From Chrysomallon squamiferum (lineage: Eukaryota; Animalia; Mollusca): 64,000 nt of DNA. Shown in pieces: positions 1-13,741 of this stretch (position 1 is its first letter; each line of letters begins with the position of its first letter). The stretch lies in the NCBI GenBank assembly GCA_012295275.1, contig CM022676.1, positions 14,074,001-14,138,000 of the forward strand, written 5' to 3'. The notes under the pieces are model-generated. The model ran no database searches. It was not told the DNA's origin and saw nothing but the letters and a program-made list of their open reading frames with translations. Made by a program: the position numbers and the translations under genes.

Positions 1-512
1 GGCAAGGTAATCATGAAAGAAAGAAATAAGGTACAAAATGAAATAATGAAAGAACAATTAATGAAATGAGTATGAAATTGAAGGCTGGAACAATATTATT
101 AAAAGGTAATGGCATAAAATGTTGTCATTTATATACTGAGCTAAGAATGTCTGAAGTTATTTTGTGTTAAATGATTAATTAATTGAATTAATTTGTATTA
201 CCTCCTCAGATAAGCAAGTATATAGTTTAACATATTTCTCTGATAAGTACAAAGTGTTTATAAATTGATATTTTGCAGTATTACAAACTATTTTATCACC
301 ACTGTGTATTAATATCTGTCTTTATACTTGTTGTAAATTACAGCCTGGTCAAGTTAATATGTCACATTTATGTTTTTTATTTTGTATACATCTAATTATT
401 TATTATTTAGCCATCTGGTTTTGTTAGTCTCTTTTTTTCTGCATTTCTGTATGACTTATTATGTTTGAGACATAAAGAAAATGTTTATACACCTCTTATT
501 ATTTATATGTAG

Positions 513-595
513 GTAACAATCTACAAGAGAGTCAGTCAACTGAACAGAATCCGTATGACGTTTTGGATTTCAGTTATAAGAAACTAAAATATTAA
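513..595 (+). CDS. Putative terminal coding exon of an upstream gene (cytoplasmic-tail-like, NNLQESQSTEQNPYDVLDFSYKKLKY*)
   Basis: AT-rich acceptor ...tatatgtag|GT at 510-512, phase-1 open frame to TAA at 593-595; donor-like AAG|gtaatc at 4-12; AATAAA near 795. Confidence 0.45.
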
Positions 596-1309
596 GATAT
601 CTCTTTATTAATGTATTTACTTAAAACTTTGAAACAACTTATTTTGTTTCTTTTAGTATATATATATACACACATACACACATACATTTATATACACGTA
701 CATACACACGTACACAGGTTAAAACTTTGAAAAACACATAACTTTAGGAAACGAAATTACATAAAATGATTATTTACAATCATGAAATTTTATTAATAAA
801 GAGAACTAATTAAAGATATAAATATTCTTCTTTTCATACAAGAACGTCGTTATACACATTTGTTTTAAATGGGGTTTTATATTTATATTATGTTTTCATC
901 AGTACAATATAATATATAGCGTATGTTTGAATAGTATTCTATGTTCTAAAATTACAGTGTTTTCTTTGAATGTTATGAATTAACTGATACTGTACAGTAT
1001 ATAGTTGCGATGAGTCTTTAAAATTCTGATTAATCTATATCTACTAAAATCATGATTAAGCTGTGTCTAGTAAAATTATAATTAATCTATGGCTAGTTAT
1101 ATTGGAATTAGTTGTATCCCTTTAATTGTGATTAAACTATGTATAGTAATAAAAAAAAATATGACTTTGATATTTTGTGCGCACACATACACTATATACA
1201 AAGGGGACATTTCAAAATTTTTTACTTCATTTTATTTTATTTATTGACATAATTATTTAGTATTTGTGTGTAGAGAGGTTATTACCAGTACCAACAATAT
1301 CAATGATAA

Positions 1310-1374
<65 letters not shown>

Positions 1375-2421
1375 GTAACAACATTAATAGTCACAATGAT
1401 CATGACAGTATTAATGATGGTGCTATTGCTGCTGCTGATGATGATGATGATTATAATACCAGCAATAATATAGTGATAAAATACTTTTTTAAATTTATAA
1501 AATCATATGCACTGATCATTTTCTATAACCTCCACAGATTAAACCGCCATTTAATAAAGTCATTATTCACCAATGTGTTGATTCTCACAGTGATCGAATA
1601 GTTTAGGACCATTTCGCGTTTATCTTTTGTGCACATCGTTTAGTGATGCGAACTACGTAGCACTGTTTTGAAAGCAATAAAACAGAAGCAATCTTTACTG
1701 GTGGCGTATTATTTAGTATGATCAAAAAATCTCTGTGGTTTGTATACTGAGTCACATCGCAAGTTAACATGAAAGACTGATTCAGTAGAGCCACAAATAG
1801 TGTGAGACAGACAAAAGAAGTGAAACAGCTGCGAAGGAAGAAAACATTTTTAAAATGTGTTCTTACCATCAGATGGTGAATGAATATACACAAACTGAAC
1901 TGCCGTTAATGAGCCACAATGAAATCAATCAATCAATCAATCAATCTAGCTCTCTTTCTCTCTCTGTCTCTCTCTCTTTATATATACACACATATACATA
2001 TATATTGAAGGAAATAATGTTCATGTTGCTATACTCGAAGACCTGCTGATTTCCTGAAATTGGAGTACCAGCTTCAGAAAGGAAAGCACCTGTTTCTAAT
2101 TTTCACAAATCCAATATAACTGTTAAATATATTTCCTTCAACGTACCTAAACAATACATATAGATCAGAATGCAGTTAGACTAGTCGTAATGTATAAATC
2201 CATGTCCATTTAGGCAGAAATACTTGTAACAGTGAAATATTCACATATTATAAATGAGTTCAAAAGATAATGAGAGGAAGCCACGGTCTCAAAATGTCAG
2301 ACTACTCTTCTCTGACTGGCACCTTGCAGGTTCATGAATGTACCTAGCATGACCTTGATAAACCAACTATGATGATATAACCCAGTAATATGATAGTGAC
2401 GAACAAAGCAAGCATATATCA

Positions 2422-2570
<149 letters not shown>

Positions 2571-5149
2571 GTTATTGTTGTTTGTGGTGGCTTTTGGTGT
2601 GTGGGTAAGTCTGTGTGTGTCTGATAAAAAGAAAACAAAAAGAAAAAGAAAAATTAAAAATTAACGTCTGATGAAATTTACGCAGTACTACCTATGTTAC
2701 TTAGTGTGGAACGCTCGATTTCAGTCTAATACAAGGACGAAAATCCATATTAACTATTGAATGCGGAAGTAATAGTTTGAGCGCTCTGGTTGTCACGTTG
2801 CATTTAAATCGATCTAATACTAATGATTAATACTAAAAAATGCTGACACCTGCAAAGTAAATAAATGTAATTTTCTCGTTACACATGTTTGTGTTTGTCT
2901 GTCGTTGATACTTGTTGGCTAATAATAGGGCCAAGGTTTCTAATTATTAATATTAATTCAAGCTATAGTAATATAGTAAGAGTTAACTCAGCAAAACATG
3001 AACAAGAAGGCAGCGAAGCACCTCCAGGCCAACTGTAATAAGTATTCGCATTAATCGAAACTTTTCATGAAACTTTTTTATTTCTTCTTTTTTTCAAATT
3101 ATTTAGTCAATATATTTCAGAAAAAAAAATGTGTTTTTAATTTGTTTTTATTATTATTATTATTACTGTTTTTGTTTGTTTTTGTCTATCAAACATTTTT
3201 TATATTTATTTGACCTGATTTATGCATCAGCGTTGTGATGTGACCTGAAGATTAGTGCTTCTCATTTTCTATGTGTGTGCACATGCATACATACAAAGGT
3301 ATAAAGGTTATCAGTAATATATTTCTCTATGAAAGGAAATAAATAAACTGTCCACCACGTCAGTACTTATTTACAGAAGAATTGTAATCTTCTTTAATTT
3401 CACTGTTTAATTATAGATCTGTGTTTGTTAAGTATCTTTCTTTAAATGTATATCTGTATGTGTGTGTATGTGCATCCATGTGTGTGTGTATGTCTATGTA
3501 TCTATGTATTTGTACAGATAAGCAAATACGATCAAACTCTGCAATGCAGAAAAAGGCACGTGTGATACGTCTGCCATTTGAAGCAGACACAAAATAATTG
3601 TCTTAGGTTTGTACTTGCTGTGGTTAGACTGGAAACAAATGTTTTTTTTTATCTGACCATAGTGGAAATTTTCTCTGATGGGGCTAATCAACAAGCCCAA
3701 TTTTAAAACTGATCAGTTTCTGATTTCATAATATTCAAAAGTGAACAGTTCTTATTCAGTATTATATCAATATTACTTAATTCGCTGTTTATAGCAATAA
3801 TTTTTTAAATCAAAATAATCGCTCGTCTTAGAACGGAAGAGAGAGAGTGATCGGCAAATCACGATGTTAATTTTTGTGTTCATTTCTGAACGTGTTGATC
3901 TTACATACAGCAAAAGTAGGAGCACTGAAGAAAAACACTGTAACCAACAAGTTATTAAAAATCAAAACAACATATAGATATAATCATTTTAAACAGCGCC
4001 ACTCCTTTCTAGTTGTACATAAAATCTACGGGGATTTGGCCCTGTAGAAAACGTAATTAATGGCACTTTCGCAAATAACGTGCTACTTTCAAATGTCGAG
4101 CTGTTATGCAGCAAAGATGGCACACCCTGGTGTCGCATATTGTTTGAAACGTAATTGACTGAGCTTCCCATTGATTATCAGTCATCAAAAAAAAAAAAAA
4201 AAAACAAAGAAAAAAAAAAAGGTTTTGAAGGGAAGCAGGAAAATCTAATTTTTGGACGACACGCACAGTTAGAAAGATTGACTTTTCACCTTCCTAACTG
4301 TTCCACAAAACAACACTAAAGTGACTTTCGTGAGTTGTTAAAGTCAGGCGTCTGTAGAGCGACACAAATTTTAGACGTTTTACTCCACGGGCTTCATAGT
4401 TTACCTCACCACTTTTAACACTCTCGTACAAAGTACTGATTTTACACTCAACTAAAACATCACCATTTTAAAAAATGTTGTTGTAGTTATTATTTTTAAA
4501 ATTTAAATAGCTCTCTCGCTATCGTTGGAAAATGCATATGAACATTAGACGATATGTTGAATAAGCGATAATTCTTTATAAATGTGTAAAATATTCTAGA
4601 GCGATTATTTTTGATCGACTTCCCTTTTCATCGATATATCTGATAGTGTTTTATCATCAGGCCTGTATTCATTAGCTTTCCCATTAAGAAGCAACACCCT
4701 TCTTAAACAAATGATCATAGGAACTTCAAAACTTTAATTTAGTGAATTGTGTAATTAATACTTTTTAAATTCTTTTCTATCAACCATTTGTTTCTTTAAT
4801 TAATCAAATAAGAAATACAAATTTATGAATTAAAAACCTAAAGGTGAACAGTTGTCTTATTTTTTCACCTTGTTTGTAACTATTTGTCCAGTGAGGCATA
4901 GCCCGTGAGCAAAAAACAAAACAACAACAAACACAGTTTCATACTAACGCGAAACTAAGAACATTAAATCATCCAGTCAGCTTCGATGTTATTTGTGATA
5001 TCACCAATCGGTACAGTTTATGTCAGAAAATCGGGGAACAGTACTAAGAGAGGTTTGATGTTTATTACCACCCCATATGATATGTCACATTTCGTTGTAA
5101 AGATGCATAATAAATTAAAACATTAATAAAGATATAAAATCAAATAAAA

Positions 5150-5677
5150 CAATAACGTATGATTTTAAAAGTGCAATGGAAGTTTAAACAAAACGTTTTA
5201 CTAGGAATAAACAATGAAACATGATACAATTTTTTTTTTGTGAATAGAGAGAGTATAATTGAGCAAAAACGTATTATTAGAAATATAAAATGTAACTAAA
5301 CAAAAACGTATAATTAGAGATACACAGAATAACTTTAAACAAAATCGTATTATCAGAAAATATACTGGATAACATAAAAATAAATTTAAACTAATAATAA
5401 TAAAAATAATTTAAAAAATAATTTAAAAAAAAAAGAAAAAGTATTGCTTGAAAATATACAGGGTAAAGTTAAACAAAAAAGATTTATTAGAAATATACAG
5501 TGAAACTTTAAACAAGAACGTATTATTCGAAAATATGCAGGTAACTTTAATCAAGAACAGATAATTAGAAAGTATAGAGGGTTATATTAAACAAAAAGTA
5601 TTTATTAGAAATATAGAGTGAAGTTTTAAACAAAAATGTATTATTGGAAAATATCCTGGATACCTAAAAAAACAAAA

Positions 5678-5719
<42 letters not shown>

Positions 5720-8700
5720 TTTGAAAATATGCACGGTAACGTTAAACAAAAAAGATTTATTAGAAATATACAGTGAAACTCTCAGCAAAAAGAATTATTC
5801 AAAAATATACAGGCAACTTTAAACAAAAAAACGTATATTTAGGAAATATATAGGGTAACTTTAAACAGATAAGTATTATTAGAAATATACAGTAAAACTT
5901 TAAACAAAGAAGTATTATTAGGAATATATACTGAGTAACGTTAAACAAAACATGTATTATTAGAAAATACACAAGGTAACGTTCGACGAAAAATATTTAT
6001 TAGAAAATGTAGAATAACTTTAAACAAAAACGATTTACTAGAAATATACACTTACACTTTAAACAAAAAAAGTATTATTAGAAAATATACAGGATAACTT
6101 TAAACAAAAACGTATTATTAGAGAATACACAGGGTAACTTTAATTAAAAACGTATTATTAGGAATATATACAGGGTAACTTGAAACAAGAACGTATTATT
6201 AGAAAATATATGTCATAAATTTAAACAAAACACTTTTTATAAGAAAATGTACAGCATAACTTTAAAGAAAAGCATATTATTAGAAACATACATAGAAACT
6301 TAAAAAAATGTATTATTAGAAAGTATGCAGGGTAACTTTAAACAAAACACGAGTTGTTAGAAAATATACAGGTTAATTTTAAACAAAAACGATTTACTAG
6401 AAATATACACTGACACTTTAAACAAAAACATATTATTAGAAAATATACAGGATAACTTTAAACAAAAACGTATTATTAGAGAATACACAGGGTAACTTTA
6501 ATTAAAAACGTATTATTAGGAATATATACAGGGTAACAGTAAACAAGAACTTATTATTCGAAAATATATGTCATAAATTTAAGCAAATCATGAGTTGTTA
6601 GAAAATATACGGATTAATGTTAAACAAGAACGATTTATTAGAAATATACAGCGATACTTTAAATAAAAACGGATTATTAGAAAATATACAGGATATCTTT
6701 AAACAAAAATGTATTATTAGAAAATATACATTGTAACTTTAAAGAAAAACTTATTATTACAGTTATACAGTAAAATTTTATACAAAAACGGAAATATACA
6801 CGTTAACGTTAAACACAAACGTTTTATTAGAAATATACAGTGAAACTTTAAACAAATATACATTATAAGAAAATCTACAGGGCAACTTTAAACAATGCAC
6901 CTATTATTAGAAAATATAGAGGACAAATTTAAATAAACACATATAATTATAAAATATAGTTGATAACTTTAAACAGACTTGTATTATTACAGAACATTCG
7001 GGGTAACTTTAAACAACCAACGTATTATTAGAAAATCTACACGATATCTTTAGACAAAAACATATTATTAGAGAATATATAGGTTAACTTTAAACAAAAG
7101 CGAATTATTAGAAATATACAGTGAAACTTGAACAAAAATATATTATTAGAAAATACACAGGATAATTTTAAACAAAATACGAGTTGTTATAAAATATACA
7201 GGATAATAATAAACAAAAACGATTTACTAGAAATATACACTGACACTTTAAACGAAAACGTATTAATAGAAAATATACAGGATAACTTTAAGCAAAAGCA
7301 TATTATTAGAAATATACAGTGAAACTTGAACAAAAATGTATTATTAGAAACTATATAGCATAACTGTAAACAAAAACGTATTATTAGAGAATACACAGGG
7401 TAACTTCACACAAAAGTGTATTATTACAATATAGAGTGAAACTTTAAATAAAAACATATTATTAGGAATATATACAGGATAGCTTTAAACAACAAAGTGT
7501 TATTCGAAAATATACGTGATAACTTTAAACAAAACACGAGTTGTTAGAAAATATACAGGATAACTTTAAACGTATTATTAAAGATATACACTAAAACTTT
7601 AAACAAACGATTATTATAAGCAATATGTAATTGATAATGTTAACAAATAGAAAATATACAGGTTACTTTAAACAGATACGTATTATTAAAAATATACAGT
7701 GAAACTTAAACAAAAATCTATTATTAGAAAATACGCAGGGTAATTTTAAACAAAGCGCGAGTTGTTAGAAAATATACAGGGTAATATTAAACAGAAACGA
7801 TTTACTAGAAAACATATAGGAACACTTTAAAAAACCCAACAAAGTATTACTAGAGAATACATAGGGTAACTTGAAACAAAAACGTATTATTAGAATATAC
7901 AGTGAAACTTTAAACAAATATGCATTATCAGAAAATATACAGGACAATTTTAAACTAAACGTCTATTATTAAAAATATAGAGGAAGAATCAACAAATCAC
8001 ATATAATTGGAAAATGTAGATGATAACTTTAAACAAAAATGTGTTATTAGAAACTATACAAGATAATTTGGAACAAAAATATACTGATAGAAAATAAAAA
8101 AAGATAACGTTAAACAAGCATATAGTATTATAAAATTATCAGTGAAACGTGAAGCAATAGCACATTATCATAAAGCATACAGGGTAAATTTAAACAAAAA
8201 TATATTATTAGAATATATAGTGAAACTTTAAACAACATATTACGAGCAATATATAGAACGCATTATTACAGTTATACAGTGAAACTTTATACAAAAACAT
8301 ATTATGAGCAATATATATAGGGTAACTTTAAACAGCAACGTATTATTCGAAAATATACGTGACAATTTTAAACAAAACACGAGTTGTTAGAAAATACACA
8401 GGTTACTGTTAAACAAAAACGATGTATTAGAAATGTACAGCGATACTTTAAATAAAAACGCATTATTACAGTTATACAGTGAAACTTTATACAAAAACGT
8501 ATTATTAGGAAATATGCAGGTTAAAGAGTTAAAGACAAACGTTTTATTAGAAATATGTAGTTAAACTTTAAACAAATATGCATTTTTAGAAAATATACAG
8601 AAAAACTTTAAACAAAAACGTATAGTTAGAAAATATACAGTTCGAATTATAACGAAAACGTATTATTAGAACATATACACGATATATTTAGACCAACATG

Positions 8701-9430
8701 TATTATTTGGAAATATGCAGGTTAACTTTAAGCAAAAACGTATTATTAGAAAATATACAGGGTAAGTTTAAACAAAAACAAATTATTAGAAATATACAGT
8801 AAAACTTAAAACAAAATGTCTTATCAGGAATATACATGGTAATTTAAACAAAAACTTACTAATAGAAATTTACACTGTAAGTTTAAACAAAAACGCGTTA
8901 TTAGAAATATACAGTAAAGTTTTAAACAAAACGTATTATTAGAAACATACAGTGAAACTTTAAACAGAAACATATTAATAGGAATATATATATATATAGG
9001 TGAACTTTAAACAAAAACGTTTTCTTAGAATTGTCCTGGGTAAATGTAAACAAAAATGTATCATTAGAAATATACAGTGACATTTTAAACAAAACCGTAT
9101 TATTAGAAAATATAGATGATCGATTAAAACAAAACACATACAATCAGAAAATACAGAGGATAACTTTAAACAAAAACAAATTATTAGAAATGTAAAGTGA
9201 AACTTCAAGGAAAATGTTTTATCAGTAACTTACAGGGTAATTTAAATAAAAACTTACTAATAAAAATGTACACTGTAACTCTAAACAAAAATGTGTTAGT
9301 ATAATTGTACTTTAAACATGAATATGTTACTAGAATTACAAGGTGTAACTTTATTATATATATAAACAAAAAGTGTGCTGTTAGGAAATATGTGGTTTGC
9401 AATTTTTTAAACAAACAATGTATATATTGA
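5150..9430. repeat. Degenerate 39-40 bp tandem array (minisatellite/satellite), about 4.3 kb
   Basis: Recurring unit AACTTTAAACAAAAACGTATTATTAGAAAATATACAGGGT with variants. Confidence 0.93.
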
Positions 9431-9449
9431 AAAAAATGCATTGTGATTA

Positions 9450-10435
9450 CCTTCTTCTTTCTTCTTCTCATTTCGTGACTACTTCTTCTCTCACTTTTTA
9501 AATGCTTCTTTTCTTTGTCAAAGTGCCGTCTGTATCAGATTCCAGTCTGTCTGATTTTTTCTGGACATTTCCTGGATATAATCTTGTACTTACTCGATAA
9601 TCCAGTTATGATGTAATTTTCGGATGATCCTTCAGTTTCTCTCCTCGATAATAGGTGCAAGTCTGATGGAATCCTTGGATTTAGTTCCTATGGGATCATT
9701 CTTGAATCTGTTTTATCCTTGATAATCTCTGTGAAATTTTGAATAATCCGTTTTTATTTTCCCTGGTGTCATTTTTTCTTTCTGAAAATACTCTCTCTCT
9801 TTGTTTTAGGATTATATCTGTCTTTGTCTGCTCCTGGATAATCGCTCACGGATTTTCTTCTGAGATGATATTTTTCCGTTTTTGTTTCCCTTCTGGTATC
9901 TTTCTATGTATGCTTGTCTGAACGTGTATTACTTGTAATTTTTTCCATTCTCCAAATATACTTGTTTTTGTTTCCCTTCCTGGTATAATGGGTGTCTGAT
10001 GACTCTTTTTCCATCTTGACATCTGAAAGTGTGATTTCAGCCTCCACTGTTTTATGACTCTCTATCTGACGGCTTACTGTCTGTCTTTTCTACCAGCCCT
10101 TCTTTTATCTACTTTTGTTTCTGATGTCCATCTGTGTTACTGTTTTGTCTGACCAGCCTACTGTTGGTATCTTTCTCTGACGTCCATCTGTTAGTAGCTT
10201 TCTGTGATGCCGTTCTCAATAACATTTTACTTTCGGGATGTCGACCTGACGCCCTTCTGCAACTATCTTCGTATGACGCACTACTATTACTATCTTTGTC
10301 TGTCGCCCTGCTATTAGCATCTCTCTCTGTAGCCCTTCTGTTAGTATATTTCTCTGCCGCCCTCCTATTAGGATCTCTCTCTGTCGTCCTTCTGTTCCAG
10401 TCTTTTACTCTGTCGACCTACTATTAGCATCTCTA
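9450..10435 (-). pseudogene. Degraded coding-like, purine-rich segment with a 30-bp (10-aa) repeat; no recognisable domain
   Basis: Minus frame reads DWNRRTTERDPNRRAAEKYTNRRATERDANSRATDKDSN...; stops and frameshifts follow. Confidence 0.3.
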
Positions 10436-10771
10436 CTCTTATCTTTTATTTCCAGCATTATTACTATTTCCAGTACTACTATTATTACTAGCCCTACTAT
10501 TTCCAACCACTACTATTAGCCTACTATATCCAAAGCAGTACTATATTAATATTCCTACTATTTCCAGTACTACTATTATTACTAGCCCTACTATTTCCAG
10601 CACCACTATTATTAGTATCCCTACTATTTCCAACACTACTCCTATTATTAGCCCTACTATTTTCAGTACTACTATTATTACGTTTATCTAACTTATCTTG
10701 ATGTTCCCCTTAATTTACCTTATTTACCTGATGACCGACATCACCTGGAACGAGAAAGGAAAGGGAAATTA

Positions 10772-10852
10772 TCCGAGCGGAGCAAGGATTTGAACTCCAA
10801 GCAGCGAGCGTAGCTAGCGTGAACGCTAACCACGACACCATCCGATCTCGGA
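10772..10852 (-). ncRNA. tRNA-derived (SINE-head-like) sequence, left copy
   Basis: A-box-like TGGTGTCGTGG, B-box GTTCAAATCC, terminal stem TCCGAG..CGGA / TCCG.CTCGGA; anticodon and T stems imperfect, so not a functional tRNA. Confidence 0.6.
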
Positions 10853-11266
10853 CGACCAACATACGAAAAGAACTTCTAGTCAATCCTGCGATCGATGTTG
10901 TGCAATCGATTTGGAGTTACCTCCCAACATGGCGATTATTTGTAGAAGCCGCCATTTTCGGAATTTGCATAATATCCTGCAATACTATAAGAATTATATA
11001 ACTTACGGGAATAATGACATCATGTTTATTTGTAGAAACTATGTAATGGAATTTTTTTTAATTTTATATAAATGTTTATTTCATTAAATATTTTATTTTA
11101 TATGCTAAATATTAACGAATTTGTGGATTTATATTTAAAATAGTGAGATAAAATAAAATGAAAATGACGGCTTCTGCAGATAATCGCCATGTTGGGAGAT
11201 AACCCAAAATCGATTGCACAACACCGATCGCAGGATTGACTAGAAGTTATTTTCGTATGTTGCTTG

Positions 11267-11346
11267 TCCGAGATCGGATGGTGTCGTGGTTAGAGTTCTG
11301 CTCGCTACGCTCGCTGCTTGGAGTTCAAATCCTTGCTCCGCTCGGA
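11267..11346 (+). ncRNA. tRNA-derived (SINE-head-like) sequence, right copy
   Basis: A-box-like 11279-11289, B-box GTTCAAATCC 11323-11332, same terminal stem as the left copy. Confidence 0.6.
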
Positions 11347-11910
11347 TAATTTACCTTTCCTTTCTCGTTCCAGGTAATGTCGGTCATCAGGTAAATTCAG
11401 GTGGATATCAAGGTAAGTTAGGTAAACGTCAACAGTAGTAGAGTTTCGTAATAATAGTAGTACTGGAAATAGTAAGGGTTAGGTAATAATAGTAGTATTT
11501 GAAATAGTAGGGCTAGTAATAATAGTAGTATTGGAAATAGTAGGAATAGTTTAGATATAATAATAATAATGGGATATAGTAGGGAGGCTAGTTATAAGTA
11601 GTAACAGCAATAGAAATGGTATTAATAATAGTTGTGGAAATAGTAGAGCTAGTAGTAGTATACTACTGGAAATAGTAGGGCTAGTAATAATAGTAGTATT
11701 GGAAATAGTATAAACCTAGTAATAATAATAGTAATGGAAATGGTATAGTAATAATAGTTGTACTGGATGATATGAAAATAAAATTAAGATAATAATAAAT
11801 AAATATTCTATAAAATTAATAAATAAATAAATTAAACAAATGAAATGATGCAATATATCAATAAATAATAATAAGTCGAAGAAGAATAGAATGTTCACAT
11901 CTTGAAAAAA

Positions 11911-12250
11911 TAGCAATAACAACAGTAATAGCTGAGATAATAAGTAATTAGGACAAGAATAATGGCAAATGTTGCAAATATAAATATAGAAATAAATGAA
12001 GAAATAGGTAGATAGAGAAATAAAATAATGATGAAATACAGAACAAAAAAACAACAACACTCATATCATAAGGAGAAGTAATTTCCTCTGCTGCTAAATT
12101 ACCTTTGTCTTCTCCACTCTCCAAAATGTAATATACGAGACTTTCGTCAACTTTATCTGTAACAAAGCAGTAAGAAAAACGAAAATACAGTCACTCACAT
12201 GCGGACGCAGTTGAATTAAAAACATAAATAATAAGATATTAATAATAATA
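11911..12250 (-). pseudogene. Paralogous copy of 24955-25490 containing a 54-nt phase-1 exon (KVDESLVYYILESGEDK)
   Basis: Collinear similarity to 24955-25490; ttacag|ATAAAGTTGAC...GACAAAG|gtaatt on the minus strand. Confidence 0.6.
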
Positions 12251-12345
12251 ATAATAAGATAAAGGTGACATGGGCTGATGAAGTATATACATTTTAAGAT
12301 GCTACAGAATGAATATTTTTTTCAATTTTGAAGAAAATCTCTTAC

Positions 12346-13435
12346 CTGAAAGTTTCTCTCAGAATTTTCTTTCTACAACAAAAACCAATAATTATTCTTA
12401 TTGTTATGATTATTATTCTTGTTGTTGTTGTTGTTGTTGTTTCCGTTTTAGTTAATATAAATTCCTATTATACAGATATAGTCGGATTGTTATAAAGTAT
12501 TGTTACACAGATATACTGACACTGTTAGTAAGTGTTATTTCACTGTTACACTGTCATTGTTAGAAAGTGTTATTACACTGATAAACTGTTAATGTTACAG
12601 TGTTATTACACAGTATAGTGTCAGTGTTATAAAGTGTTATTACACTGATAAACTGTTAATGTTACAGTGTTATTACACTGATATATTGCCACTGTTACAA
12701 AGTGTTATTACACAGTATAGTGTCAGTGTTATAAAGTGTTATTGCAGTGATATATTGCCACTGTTATAAAATTTTATTACACTAGTATACTCTCTTTGTT
12801 ATAAAGTGTTATTACACAAATATACTGTCACTGTTAGAAAGAGTTATTACACTGATACACTGTCACTGTTTTAAAGTGTTATTTCACTTATATACTCTCA
12901 CTTATATTGATATAAAGTATTATTACACTGATACCCTGTCATGGTTATAAAGTGTTATTACATTGATGTACTGTCATGTTATAAAGTGTTATTACATCGA
13001 TACCCTGTGACTGTTATAATGTGTTATTACACAAATATACTGTCACTGTTATAAAGTGTTATTACACTGATGTACTGTCACTGTTATAAAGTTTTATTGC
13101 ACTGATGTACGTTTAGTAATGTAGATTTGTTTACATAACTACAATATGAACTAGATAAAAAGCAATTTCCCATTATAAACAATACGTAACTGATGCGTGT
13201 CTGTGTGAGAATGCTTTCGAGTGTGCGTGCGTGGTTGTATGTGTGTATATGTAAGTGTATATTTTCTGTCAATTAATGTTTGTATTATATGTTTAAAATG
13301 GGAAATATCCGGAAATATTGAGAAACCCGCTTTTTCTTAAAAGTGTTTCTGTCTTTTTTCTCTGATAGTAAAACAATATCAAAATTCGGAAAATAATTTT
13401 ACCAAAGTGTCATCTACACTGTTTCCGTTAGCCAT
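12346..13435 (-). CDS. Candidate first two exons of a downstream gene (13403-13435 MANGNSVDDTL; 12346-12372 KENSERNFQ)
   Basis: AACATGG start context with |gtaaaa donor; 27-nt exon bounded by gttgtag| and CAG|gtaag; both phase 0; very short so chance not excluded. Confidence 0.25.
12480..13110. repeat. ~35-bp minisatellite
   Basis: Unit TTATAAAGTGTTATTACACTGATATACTGTCACTG repeated with variants. Confidence 0.92.
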
Positions 13436-13576
13436 GTTCAGTACAGATTAAACTATAAGTGAAAGGTACAGTGAACAGAAACAGAGAAGACAAACATTAT
13501 TTTGTTTGTTACAAATGGTACATTGAAACTGAAGTCAGACCAGTTTGAACAAACACTAACATAAAACAGTTCAAAA

Positions 13577-13741
<165 letters not shown>

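Larger units (their letters stand above)
10455..11770. mobile_element. Foldback/palindromic element: inverted arms (about 10455-10959 and 11160-11770) around a 200-bp AT-rich spacer
   Basis: 10680-10959 is the reverse complement of 11160-11429 with scattered mismatches; both arms continue outward into the same ~30-bp minisatellite (TACTATTTCCAGTACTACTATTATTACTAGCCC vs its complement). Confidence 0.8.

Noticed and set aside
10134-10427. Leu-rich 97-aa plus-strand ORF as a membrane or LRR protein
   Set aside because: Antisense reading of a purine-rich 30-bp repeat; no splice or start context.
10725-10790. CTGATGA...GAAA as a hammerhead ribozyme core in the palindrome arm
   Set aside because: I could not form stem II or stems I/III around the core by eye; an Infernal search would be needed.
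10772-11346. Functional tRNA-Ala genes
   Set aside because: Anticodon and T stems are mismatched and there is no T4 terminator; tRNA-derived only.
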